From positions 116,870,001 through 116,934,000 of the forward strand of contig OX597820.1 of assembly GCA_951406725.2 (NCBI GenBank): DNA of 64,000 nt. The letters are read 5' to 3'. Below are positions 13,592 through 26,274 of this stretch, one piece after another (the stretch's first letter is position 1; every line of letters begins with the position of its first letter). Both the position numbers and the translations under genes were made by a program. The DNA is from Octopus vulgaris (taxonomy: Eukaryota). The notes beneath the pieces were generated by a model, which saw nothing but the letters and a program-made list of their open reading frames with translations, ran no database searches and had not been told where the DNA came from.

Positions 13592-14595
13592 TATTTCTAT
13601 TTCTTTACTACCCACAAGGGGCTAAACACAGAGGAGACAAACAAGGACAGACAAAACGGATTAAGTCGATTACACCGACCCCAGTGCGTAACTGGTACTT
13701 AATTTATTGACCCCGAAAGGATGAAAGGCAAAGTCGGTCTCGGCAGAATTCGATCTCAGAACGTAGCGACGGGCGAAATACCTATTTCTATTTCTTTACT
13801 ACCCACAAGGGGCTAAACACAGAGGGGACAAACAAGGACAGACAAAACGGATTAAGTCGATTACATCGGCCCCAGTGCATAACTGGTACTTTATTTGTTG
13901 AACCCGAAAGGATTAAAGGCAAAGTCGACATCGGCAGAATTCTATCTCAGAACATAGCGACGGGCGAAATACCTATTTCTATTTCTTTACTACCCACAAG
14001 GGGCTAAACACAGAGGGGACAAACAAGGACAGACAAAACGGATTAAGTCGATTACATCGGCCCCAGTGCATAACTGGTACTTAATTTGTTGAACCCGAAA
14101 GGATTAAAGGCAAAGTCGACATCGGCAGAATTCGATCTCAGAACATAGCGACGGGCGAAATACCTATTTCTATTTCTTTACTACCCACAAGGGGCTAAAC
14201 ACAGAGGGGACAAACAAGGACAGACAAAACGGATTAAGTCGATTACATCGACCCCAGTGCGTAACTGGTACTTAATTTGTTGACCCCGAAAGGATTAAAG
14301 GCAAAGTCGACCTCGGCAGAATTCGATCTCAGAACATAGCGACGGGCAAAATACCTATTTCTATTTCTTTACTACCCACAAGGGGCTAAACACAGAGGGG
14401 ACAAACAAGGATAGACAAAACGGATTAAGTCGATTACAACGACCCCAGTGCGTAACTGGTACTTAATTTATTGACCCCGAAAGGATGAAAGGCAAAGTCG
14501 ACCTCGGCAGAATTTGAACTCAGAAAGTAGAGGCATACGAAATGCTGCTAAGCATTTCGCCCGGTCTGCTAATGTTTCTGCCAGCTTGCCGCCTT
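13592..14595 (-). mobile_element. SINE-B pentamer: five head-to-tail units with a 191-bp period and one complete tRNA head
   Basis: aaatacctatttc recurs at 13585, 13776, 13967, 14158 and 14349; one TSD aataaatacc at 13582-13591 and 14596-14605. Confidence 0.93.
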
Positions 14596-15288
14596 AATAA
14601 ATACCAGATTGAGATTGGCGTTGAGGTTGATATAATTGACTAAAATATTTCTAAGGAATTGAGGTGTAAATCATGCAGCTATCTTTATACATTGCTTTTG
14701 TATACAGTGTTTATCACATTGTTGATCGTTTGAAGATATTTGAAAATAGATCTCTTCTCTTTTTTTCCATTGGTTGATATTTATCGGTACCATCACTACG
14801 GTTTTTTTATCATTTTGTTGTTCTATGTTTGATGTAGCTAGCCATCTTATGGCACCTGTAATCAGTGTAAAGATTTGTGTCAAGCCAATTAACAGGATGC
14901 CTGGGGATTGACCAAACGTGAGAAGGTTGGACAATATCCAGAGGCTCAGATGGCCATGCTTTAGAAATCCAGCAGGAAAGTGTGATAATGGCTGCTTCTG
15001 ATAGAAACCCTACGGACGAGGGACTTGAGGACTTTACCCCCAACAACTTTCCCCAGGTGGAGAAAGCGGATAGATGGATATAAAAATCCTTTTTGGGACT
15101 TTCTTTCAGAATAGATCAGTTTCATTAGCATTATTTATTTTAAAGAAAAAGAATTCCTTCAATTATTTTAACTAATTCCATTTTCACACATTCTTCAGAA
15201 ATTTTATTATCAATTGATTTCAGTTTTGCCATACAATTTGATATTAAGCAGAAAGCTTTGATATCTAAAATACACAAGGAAACTCTCA

Positions 15289-15335
<47 letters not shown>

Positions 15336-15852
15336 TGTGTGTGTGTGTGAGTGTGTGTGTGTGTGAAATAAAAATCTGCTCATCCTTTCTTTGATGGCAC
15401 TGTATAGGCATTTTTGTATATTTGGGGTTTTTTAAGCTGCTAGTGCCTATTTCTCTCCAGTGCCTATTTCTATTGCTAGTGCCTATTTCTCAGCCAATGC
15501 TTTCCGAAGAGGAAAGGAGAGAAAAGGAAGAGAGAGAGAGAGAGAGAAAGAAGAGAAAGGAAGAGAAAGAAAAACTGAATGTTAAAAAAATATTAAAAAA
15601 AAAAAAATCTATGAACCTCGATGAGATTTGAACTCAGAAAGCAGAAAACTAAAACTGAAAGTCATCCAAACAAATAATGTAACAACTCTGTCAATTGGCT
15701 GCTTTATATGAATATTTTATAGATATAGACACACACACACACACACACACACATGTACTGAGGTTTCTGTTATCAGATGACTTCATATTTATTCACACCT
15801 ATCTTACCTAGCTTATAGCCAAACACCCAATATCTTGTGGCTTACCTTGGCA

Positions 15853-15889
<37 letters not shown>

Positions 15890-16204
15890 TAATAATAATA
15901 ACAACAACAACAATAATAATAAATACAGAAACAAACACACAGAAAGCTAATATTTCTTTAGATCTTTTCCTGCTGACTGAAGAAACGACATGCTGTTAAT
16001 GAAAATATTTTCTGATTAATTTGTTAAAGGGGAAAATTTCTAAGTGTTTGCAAGTCAGAGCTTTGGTATCTTCATGGTTGGATGAACTGACTGGCTGGCT
16101 GGCCGTCTCGATTACTGCAAAGTCCTTACATCATCTGTATTGCTCATGCTTTGTGATGGCCCTGTTTCCAACAAATGCTTTTATTTATATGTAACTTTGA
16201 TATG

Positions 16205-16312
16205 AAGAAAACTGAGAGGGACAGCGAAGTTTTGGCCTGCTAACCTTCATCGGACAGTCTGATGAAGGCTATAGCTGGTTACAGCTTCAAAGTTACAGTC
16301 ATCTGTTTTCTT
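16205..16312. other. Head-to-head pair of degenerate hammerhead-like motifs (Penelope-like LTR remnant)
   Basis: Central near-palindrome ccttcatcggac-a-gtctgatgaagg; both strands read C(T/C)GATGAagg-stem-(c/a)AAA..GTC..gttttctt; aataaa follows on the plus strand. Confidence 0.45.
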
Positions 16313-17351
16313 GCAAATGCTTAATAAATACGTAGTTTACAAAAAATATTGAGTAATTCTTCAGCTTAATGATTGATTGTTTTTATTATAACTCAACAAA
16401 AAAAATGTTTATACACACACATACATACATATATACACACACATACATACATACATACACACACAAACACACATACGTATGTACGTACAGTGCATGTGTG
16501 ATGAAGAGCAGAGAACAAACAAAAACCCATCATGATTGGATAAATTCACAATCAAACTCATTAGTTTCACACTCAGCCAATGTCTGGAACGTGACAGCAA
16601 TTAATTCTTTCCATTTCTCAGTCTTTGAAATAAAACGTAGAATGGAAAAAAGAAAAAAACAAAAAGATGCAAAAAATAAAATGAAAGGAGCAATCCAGGT
16701 GAAAATACCTAAGTTGAGCAGGTTTACACACACATATATACAGGTTTGTTCTCTTCTGTTTTTAATTGCTTGGACTTTTTCCTCTGAGGAAGGAGCTGGT
16801 TTCTAACAAAGCTCCATCATTGGAATGCAGAAAAATTCCTATGTTGAACTCGAAAAAAGTCTTGCATATTTTAACTGTTCCACTTAGTGATTGTATTTGT
16901 ATTGAGTGAATTAGTTGGTTGGTTTCTTTTTCTGAAAACCCAAGATCGTCCTCATTGACTCACAAAGCCAAAGGCACCATTTTTTTATTAGTAAAAATGT
17001 GAATTTATATTCTGGATAAAGAAGCTGGAGGTTTCAAAGGAGTTGTCCATAGTTGTCCCTTTGATTTTTGAAGAGATATTCATATCAGCAGGAAAGCTGC
17101 TCTCTGTGACAGGACATGTTCTTTCTTGGCTATCCCAAACAACGATGATGATGATGATGACATTTTGTCTGTCTTTATGTTTTGAGTTCAAATTCTGCCA
17201 TAGTCAACTATACCACTTATCTTCCTGGGGTTGATTTGACCAACCCCAGAAAGGTAAAGTACTACTTGAGCACTGGGGATGGTGTAATCAACTGCTTGCC
17301 TCTCCTGAAATTGCTGACCTTGTGCGAAAATTTGAAATTATTATTATTATT

Positions 17352-17890
17352 ATTGAGTGAGAGAGCAGTGCATGCCATCAAAGTGACACTGAGGTAAAAT
17401 ATACGAAGCCCAGTATACCCATCATGATTACCTGTTTGATAAGGGTAACCAAGCATATGCATCACAACCATATGTGCGTGACACGGTGAACTCATATCAA
17501 GATAAACAGCACATGACCTTGCAGGTGGGGGCCTAGTTAGAATTTTCTTCAGGTCGAGTAGTCCATCCTGCTCAAATGGTCTTTGAATAAGATTTGTTTA
17601 AAGATGCTGAATGAAACTCATGTTTCAAGAGGTGAATTATTCAAACCCCAAGGAATTCCTCTCAACACATAGCTATGATGCTCCCCCACTACTTCTGCTC
17701 ATGATCAGAGATGCACATATCGCCAGCCACTAAGGGAATGTTCAATTGGTTAAGGTCAAACAACTGACAAGCAAATCTATGGTATTGAGCAGAATATTTG
17801 CTGTAGCCCATCTTTTATACCAAGACAAAACAATGTACATGATAACACTTCCAAACAGCTAAGATCGGAAGCCACGAGAGCCACTGCCTG
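17352..17890 (-). mobile_element. Probable ~540-bp non-autonomous retroposon inserted in a (TAA)n tract
   Basis: More GC-rich block with (tta)n on both sides; minus-strand end ctctctcactcaataataat; single copy here, no ORF. Confidence 0.5.
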
Positions 17891-18344
17891 TTTTAGTAAT
17901 ATTATTATTATTATTATTATAGTATATCAGCCTATCAGAAATGAAATATTCCGGCATTAAACTCAACACCAGAAAACTATAAAAGATTTGCTAATTTTAC
18001 GGTGCTCTAACTACTTATAAACCGATGTCTTCTGGATTTCTTGTGGATCATTGGAATGATAAGTGTCTCAGTCATACAACATGAGAACTAGCAATAAAAT
18101 ACAAATTACCAAGCTTCTTTGGTGATTGTCCACCACAATGTCCACGTTACTGTTCATGTTCATGAGAAATATATTTTAAAATGTAGACATAGGTTTTAAA
18201 TGTCATCCTAACGTATAATGTGACATACATTTAACCAAGATGACTAAAGAAAAGCTAATTCAGTCGAGGCTGAAAGTGTTCGTATAGTATTTCGTAGCTC
18301 TATGATGATTTTGTTATCTTTAACTTAAGTGTTCTGAGATATGT

Positions 18345-18497
<153 letters not shown>

Positions 18498-18649
18498 TCA
18501 TGATATATGTTGGCCAAGTCTACCTGAACATATTTGGCAACAACCCAGAGTATATATAGCACAAGTGTAAGATATTTAGTTCTGGTCAATTACACCAATG
18601 AACTGATGTTTTGTGTATCAAATTAAATCTAATTGGAGTTGAGGATTGA

Positions 18650-18772
18650 TGATCAAGTAGTCTTCATCAGCAAACAATCAATCAAGTAGTTTGCATAGCA
18701 ACGAGCAATCAATCAAGTAGTTTGCATAGCAACGAGCAATCAATCAAATAGTTTCCATAGCAACAAACAATC
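18650..18772. repeat. 31-bp minisatellite, ~3.5-4 copies
   Basis: Unit caatcaagtagtttgcatagcaacgagcaat. Confidence 0.85.
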
Positions 18773-19626
18773 ACTCTTAAATAGAGGCACAATCTCTTTG
18801 AAGTACAGACTGGAAGAGATTAGAGTTTATAAGTCAAGTACTCTTTCCCCCCAAAACGAAGTTTAAGAAGTGAGACCCAAAGTGAAATACCTACCACAAA
18901 TAACTAAAACCAGGTCAGCCTCAGACTTGCTGAGAGCTTAATTAAATATCTTAATTAAATGTCTTGTCCAGGCACAAGAGTAGGGGAGGGGGTAATGAAT
19001 GTGTGTTTTCGTTTCTATCAAATAACCTCTTCGTTTCATGACGAAATGCCTCCTGTGTTGCAATTAATTTTGAAAATAAAGCGTTTGGATAGATTTACTA
19101 AAACAACCTTTACACTACTTTGGTGCAAGGAACATAACTTATAGTTTATATATAAAATTACAATGGTGTTTATTTGAAATAGCAACACTTTAAAACAGGG
19201 TGGGTTCCCGAGACAGCATCAAGGACAGTTAGAAGAATATTGTTATTAAAAGAGCCAAATGATGTGAAATAACAACAAATGGATATCAAAGCTAGGTCAT
19301 AGACTTGATTTTCTTAGCTTCTAAGAAGTGAAATGATTGTGTAACCATATGGAGGTATTGGATTAGCAACACATAGGTTTTGAGTTCAAATCCACAGCTA
19401 GCATTTGGGTAGGATACTTAAACTCTATTTAACTTTAGCTCACATGTTGGAAATAGGAAACACACCAGTTAAAAATGTTTCAGAAGATAGGCTGGTTTCC
19501 TCTCCCTGGAAAGAGAAGGAGATTTATCTCGTTTCAGCCCCTTTCTACCTGCAAACTGGATTATAGCATCAGCCTTTCAAAGTTAAAATCCTTTACTGCC
19601 TTGCACATATAATAACACCTTGTATT

Positions 19627-19783
19627 AGGAGTGGCTGTGTGGTAAGTAGCTTGCTAACCAACCACATGTTTCCAGGTTCAGTCCCACTGCGTGGCACCTT
19701 GGGCAAGTGTCTTCTACTATAGCCTCGGGCCGACCAAAGCATTGTGAGTGGATTTGGTAGACAGAAACTGAAAGAAGCCCATC

Positions 19784-19825
<42 letters not shown>

Positions 19826-20048
19826 GTGTGTGTTTGTGTATCTGTGTTTGTCCCCCTAGCATTGCTTGACAACCGATGCTGGTGTGTCTACGTCCGCGTA
19901 ACTTAGCGGTTCGGCAAAAGAGACTGATAGAATAAGTACTGGGCTTACAAAGAATAAGTCCCGGGATCGATTTGCTTGAGTAAAGGCGGTGCTCCAGCAT
20001 GGCCACAGTCAAATAAATGGTTGAAACAAGTAAAAGAGTAAAAGAGTA
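19627..20048 (+). mobile_element. SINE-A
   Basis: Colinear match; tail ends in (gtaaaaga)n. Confidence 0.92.
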
Positions 20049-20313
20049 ACTGTGAGGAAGAAAGTGATCTTACAACTGAAGTTTTAGTATGATGCTCTGC
20101 TATGCATGGTTGCAAGGTGTGTAGGATAATGCATTCTTATACAGACGACATGAAACCTCAAATTTTTTTAGAGTGTGGGGAGGGGGGGGGGAGAAATTGG
20201 CAGATGTAATACTTGTGTTTCTCAAGGAAGATCGGTGAAAACTAATGGGTTGAAGAGGAACTTGAAATTGAGATAAAATTAAAAAAGAAAAAAATCTGCT
20301 TCACACCAATTAC

Positions 20314-20368
<55 letters not shown>

Positions 20369-20889
20369 TTGAGAAAGTCCATTTTCTGTTTTTTACTCTT
20401 CCCTCTTCATTTTTTTGTTTTTTTCCTTTCTTTCTTTTTTTTTTTACTCAGTTTTTATTCATTTATTATTTTATTCCTATTTTTGCTCTTCACCTCAAAC
20501 TTTCTCATTTCTGCAAGGAAAACATTAGCAGACAGCATCTAAATGCCAAATGTGAATCTAAAATCTTAACCAGCCTAGAATGATGGTAGGTTTCCTATTT
20601 AGAATTATTGATAAACAGGTCTTGAGAAACGAAAATCAGGCCAAGAAGCTGCAGTTACAGAAATATTAAAAAGATAAATGTGACAGGAAGCTTTTAATAG
20701 AATAATCATCCCAAAAACCCAACTAGAAAGCATTAGAATATTCAAACTATCATGGATTTTCTTCAGAATTAACTCATCAAAGAAGGAAAGGCAAAGCTCA
20801 GAGCATATTCAGAACTTCTCAGATGCGGCACAGGTTATTCTGTCAGGTGTAATGCTTTTTTATTCACTGTATTTTGAATTACTTGCTAG

Positions 20890-21236
20890 CGAGGTGCAAA
20901 GAGCACCATACGAGTGTGATCATTGACAGAGCGGAGTGACACTTAAAAGACACCATTCAAGTGTGATCGTTACCAGCATTGCCTTACTGGCACCTGTGCT
21001 GGTGGCATGTGTAAAAGATCTGAGCGAGATCATTGCTAGTGCCACCTGACTGGCACGTAAAAGCACCCACTACACTACATCGGAGTGGTTGGCGTTAGGA
21101 AGGGCATCCAGCTGTAGAAACTCTGCCAAATCAGACTGGAGTCTGGTGCAGCCATCTGGCTCACCAGATCCTCAGTCATACGTCCAACCCATGCTAGCAT
21201 GGAAAGCGGACGTTAAACGATGATGATCATCATCAT
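20890..21236 (+). mobile_element. RTE-associated retroposon 3' region with (GAT)n tail
   Basis: ggcgttaggaagggcatccagctgtagaaa...cccatgctagcatggaaagcggacgttaaacgatgatg; same tail as 4035-4200, 25666-25830 and 51385-51530. Confidence 0.8.
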
Positions 21237-23759
21237 AGCCTCGAAATTTCAATGATGTCGGTGTTTATTTTTAAAATGATATTGTAGGGTAGGTACAAGA
21301 GACCAGATCTGGCTGATTTGAACATAAAATAGATTGAAAGTTTGGACTGGTTATGACCAGTTAAAATGTTAGAGGACTCATTCCAGTTTCTATACGTTTT
21401 AACACTGAACAGATGAGAAATAATTTTCCCAGCCTGTTTCAATGAGCATTGCTTGAAGGTCTGGAACCTGAAGCCTCAACAGTCACTTGAACTGCTAGAA
21501 ATACTAGGCAAATCCCCACCCCATCAAATTATTGTACTCTTCTGTCTTAAACAAAAAGAGAAAGATAAAGTTGCTCTAGATACATTATGTATGGCAGTGA
21601 TGTGGTGGTGGAGATCCTATTTCATAGTTGTAATGGCTTTGAGCAGAGATTTATATCAGCAGGGTTGACCTAGAAGTAAACATCAGCAGTTGGTTCTTCC
21701 ATTATAGATTTGACTGATCAAAGCTGACCTCAGGCTAAATAACAACATGTAGCAAAATATTAATGTAGTAAAAAAAAACCCAAAAAACCCCAGGTTATTG
21801 AGGTTTCAAATAAAAAAGTATAAATATAAACAAGTCCTGATCAAACAAACCTATGATCAGAGGCCTTCCAACTGTGACAATCCCATCTTTTTAATGTGCT
21901 GTGTTGAGGATTATATTTTTGAAAACGTTTTTGTTATATTTCTGTTGAAATTCACTGCTTTTGTTTCAATTAATTTCAGGAATAATGAAGAACTTAGTAG
22001 AATAACTCTATCACTATTCAGCTGTTGTTTGGAACATAAATTAATATAAAATTTTTATGTAAGCTTTGAATTCTGATCATTTTAAAACAAATTGTAACAC
22101 AGAAACAAGAGTTGTGTCAGACAGGCCGACATCAAAAGATTTGAAGTACTCTTGTGATTTGAGGGAAATTTACTTGTTATTTCTAGCAAGTTGGCTTGAC
22201 TGGTGCAGAAGTAAAAATAAAAATAAAAAAAATAAAAATGGGAAAATGTTTTGTGGGAAGAAAGTAAGAATGAGAAGAAGAAAGAAAAGTTTATTGGAGA
22301 AGTTATGAAATTATATAAATAGATGAAGATTAGAGGTTGTTATATTTCATGAGATTCTGAAGTAAAAGGTTAGAGGAAAATACCAGGGAATGACATGGAA
22401 GAGAGAAAATGGCAAATGTTGACTTGAATTGAGTAATATCACTTTAATGTAAACTAGTAGCCTCAATCACCAAATGTAAATGTGAATCACCACCACCACC
22501 ACCACCACCACCATCATCATCATCACTCACCACCACCTTAACGCTATTACCATCACCACCATTATTAATTTCTCTTGCATGAGGTGGATGGGTGTTGCAG
22601 TATGACATATCACGTTTCCTTTCCATCCTGTGCCATCTTGTCTGCGAGCCTCGGATATCATCGTAGATAACCATAACCCAGTCCACCATTTCATTAGCTT
22701 TCCTTTTTTTCACATCCTTTCAAACAACCATTAATCCACTACAAAGCTCAAACAAGACATACAACAGACACACCACTGCAGCTTCTGCAACTAGAATGCT
22801 GCTGCAGTTACACGTACAGACATCCTAGCCTCTCAACCAATTAAGCTACTGCAACCACTGACCCACTGGCTTGCTGCTGTCTCTTTTTCCTACCTTTTGT
22901 ACCACCACTACAACAGCAGCAGCTCCTCAGACTCAGCTTGGCTCAAGTCTTCTCTACTTAAGACCTCCCAACCCATTTCACACAGGGACCACAACTACAA
23001 TTTCCATTTGATTGTGATTTGATCTGATGTTGATGTACTTGACTCAATAGTTCTTCTCAAGCATGGCATGTCCCCTACGATCCAAGGTACTTTTTAAGTG
23101 GGCTGGTTATGTGACACTGGTATATATTTTATTTTTGATCTTCTAAATAAATGAAGATTTATCCCTTTGTTTTGCTACTCTTCTGTACATGTAATGAGAA
23201 AGATACATTGCGGAATTCTTATTTTAATGAGTCATATGTATTTATAACTCGATAAGACACATCTGTACCACCTGATGCTCCTGAACCAGTTGTTAAATGT
23301 CCCATGTGAGGAATCGATGCTAGATGTGTTGAAACAATTGTCGTGATTAATAAAAATTCTCGTATCTTCCATTTACCATATATATACGTATGTATACACA
23401 CACACACACACATATTTACACATAAAAGCAAAGTTCTCTATATTATTATGAAAACTTTCAAGTAAACTGTATCCAATAATTGCTAATTTTAAGATGTTAT
23501 ACGTCACCCATAGTTATGAATCCTTAGTAAAATCTGGGAGAGCCGAGACAAAGAAATCATGATTTTGAAAGTTATTTATGTTTCCAAATAAAACAAAAGT
23601 GACAACAGACAATTAAGGAAACCCTTTTCATCATTGATGATACAAATTTATAAAAGTAAAGATTTTTGTGTCTACAGGAGAAATCTAAAATAAAGGAGTG
23701 GCATAAGTTGCCGGAAATGAACCAGCGCTATTCTTCAGGAAATATTTCTCAATGACTAT

Positions 23760-24350
23760 AGGTGCAGGCGTGGCAAGAAGCTTGTTCCTCAACCACAAGG
23801 CTCCAGGTTCAATACCTATTTCTTTACTACCCACAAGGGGCTAAACACAGAAGGAACAAACAAGGACAGACAACGGATTAAGTCGATTACACCGACCCCA
23901 GTGCGTAACTGGTACTTATTTAATCGACCCCGAAAGGATGAAAGGCAAAGTCGACCTCGGCGAAATTTGAACTCAGAACGTAACGGCAGACGAAATACCG
24001 CTAAGCATTTCGCCCGGTGTGCTAACGTTTCTGCCAGCTCGCCGGGTTCAATACCATTGCATGGCACCTTGAGCAAGTGTCTCCTGCTATAGCCTCAGAC
24101 CAACCAAAGCCTTGTGAATAGATTTGGTAGATGGAAACTGAAAGATGCCTGTCATGCATGCATGCACACACACACACACACACACGTACGCACATGCACA
24201 CACACACACACACACGCCTATAAATATCTATGAGTGTGTGTGTTTGTTCACTGCCATGGCTTGACAACTGGTGCTGGTGTGTTTATGCCCTCATGACATA
24301 GCAGTTTGGCAAAAGAGACCGATAGAATAAGTAGCAGGCTTAGAAATAAA
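23760..24350 (+). mobile_element. SINE-A interrupted at its B-box by an antisense SINE-B (23817-24044)
   Basis: TSD ggttcaatacc at 23806-23816 and 24045-24055. Confidence 0.9.
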
Positions 24351-24399
24351 CGATGTTTGGAACATAACTTAGCAAAAGGTTTTTACATAAAGTGATGAG

Positions 24400-24762
24400 T
24401 TGTGGCTGTGTGCAAAGACATTTGCTTCCCATTTGAATGGCTCTGGGTTCAGTCCAGCTGCGGAGCATCTTGGGTATGTCTTCTGCAAACTTTGTGAATG
24501 GATTTAGTGGATGGAAACATATGTGTGTGTATATATGAGTGAGTGTATGTTTGTGTCTATTTGTCTGGACATCCTGTGATTATTGTAAATTAACGTTATT
24601 CATTTCTAATCTATATTGAAAACATATCTGTCCATAAGGAGATATATTACCTTGCTTGGGAGCAGGTAAAAGTTGGTGACAGGAAGGGCATCCAGATGTA
24701 GAAAATCTGCCTTCATAATCTCCATCCAACCCATGAAGAGATGGAAAAGTGGATGTTAAACA
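24400..24762 (+). mobile_element. Old chimeric SINE: SINE-A-type head with an RTE-type tail
   Basis: gtggctgtgtg...gggttcagtcc head, (TG) linker, then ggaagggcatccag...ccaacccatg...ggaaaagtggatgttaaa. Confidence 0.65.
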
Positions 24763-24905
24763 CCAACATAATTTTCTTATCTTCAAGGCTGCATCGTTAA
24801 ATTAACCCAGGTGATCATTATACAAGCTTTAAAGGTTTTTTTATATTTTTCATCAACAAGAAGTTTATACAAGAATTTTAATCAAATTTTAAAACATTCA
24901 AAGAC

Positions 24906-25303
24906 AGGCGCAGGAGTGGCTGTGTGGTAAGTAGCTTGCTAACCAACCACATGGTTCTGGGTTCAGTCCCACTGCGTGGCATCTTGGGCAAGTGTCCTCT
25001 GCTATAGCCCCGGGCCGACCAATGACTTGTGAGTGGATTTGGTAGACGGAAACTGAAAGAAGCCTGTCGTATATATGTATATATATATATATATGTATAT
25101 GTGTGTGTGTGTGTTTGTCCCCCTAGCATTGCTTGACAACCGATGCTGGTGTGTTTACGTCCCCGTCACTTAGTGGTTTGGCAAAAGAGACCGATAGAAT
25201 AAGCACTGGGCTTACAAAGAATAAGTCCCGGGGTCGATTTGCTCGACTAAAGGCGGTGCCCCAGCATGGCCGCAGTCAAAATGACTGAAACAAGTAAAAG
25301 AGT
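24906..25303 (+). mobile_element. SINE-A, full length, young
   Basis: Near-consensus copy. Confidence 0.93.
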
Positions 25304-25665
25304 ATCTGATGTAAATGCAACTGCAAAATGGATTTCTTTTCTTGATGTATATGCATTTCAATTGCATATGCAAGCCGTCATAGAAACAAGTCTTACAGAA
25401 GACAATTCGAAATCATTTCAAAAAAAGATAAAACTATTACAAAGCTTTGAAACCCATCAATTAAATACTTGGTAAAAGCCCCAGATGATACAAAGAAAAA
25501 AAAAGACTAAAAATTGGTTGGCTATTAATGATAAAGTGAAAGTGAAAGTTATGATGAAAAACAGTGTTGGAAATATGTGAAGCTGTACCTGATGAAGACT
25601 CAGAAATAGCAACAGGGAATGAAACAAATCAACAAGAAAATTCAGAAGTCTTGCAACTGGTGCTT

Positions 25666-26027
25666 CATCATCATCATCATCATCATTTAGCGTCCGTTCT
25701 CCATGCTAGCATGGGTTGGACGGTTCAACTGGGGTCTGTGAAGCTGGAAGGCTTCATCAGGCCCAGTCAGATCTGGCAGTGTTTCTACGGCTGGATGCCC
25801 TTCCTAATGCCAACCACTCCGTGAGTGTAGTGGGTGCTTTTTACGTGCCACCCGCACAGGTGCCAGACAGAGCTGGCAAACGGCCACGAACGGATGGTGC
25901 TTTTACGTGTCACCGGCACGGGGCCAGGCGAGGCTGGCAACGGACACGAACAGATGGTGCTTTTATGTGCCACCAACACGGGGGCCAGACAGAGCTGGCA
26001 AACGGCCACGAAACGGATGGTGCTTTT
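25666..26027 (-). mobile_element. RTE-associated retroposon 3' region containing ~3 tandem ~60-bp units
   Basis: (cat)n tail at 25666-25687; ggtgcttttacgtgccacc...gctggcaaacggccacgaacggat repeated between 25833 and 26027. Confidence 0.85.
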
Positions 26028-26274
26028 AGATGTGAGAAATTCTAAAAGTCATCTGACATGGTTTGCAACACCTACCAGCAGAATTTCAAATGTAAATAGA
26101 GTATGAACACCATATTATGAATTAATAACTTCAAACCAAATAATAATTTCAAATTTTAAAAATATTTATTGGTTTTGATAATGAACATAAATTGGACCAG
26201 TGGAAATTTCATAGATAGAGGACTTCTCACTATAAACACAGAATATTGAATGCGTATATTAATCTATGGATATA

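Noticed and set aside
25589-25612. CTGATGA...GAAA hammerhead core
   Set aside because: No stem II or stem I pairing and no suitably placed cleavage triplet; likely chance.
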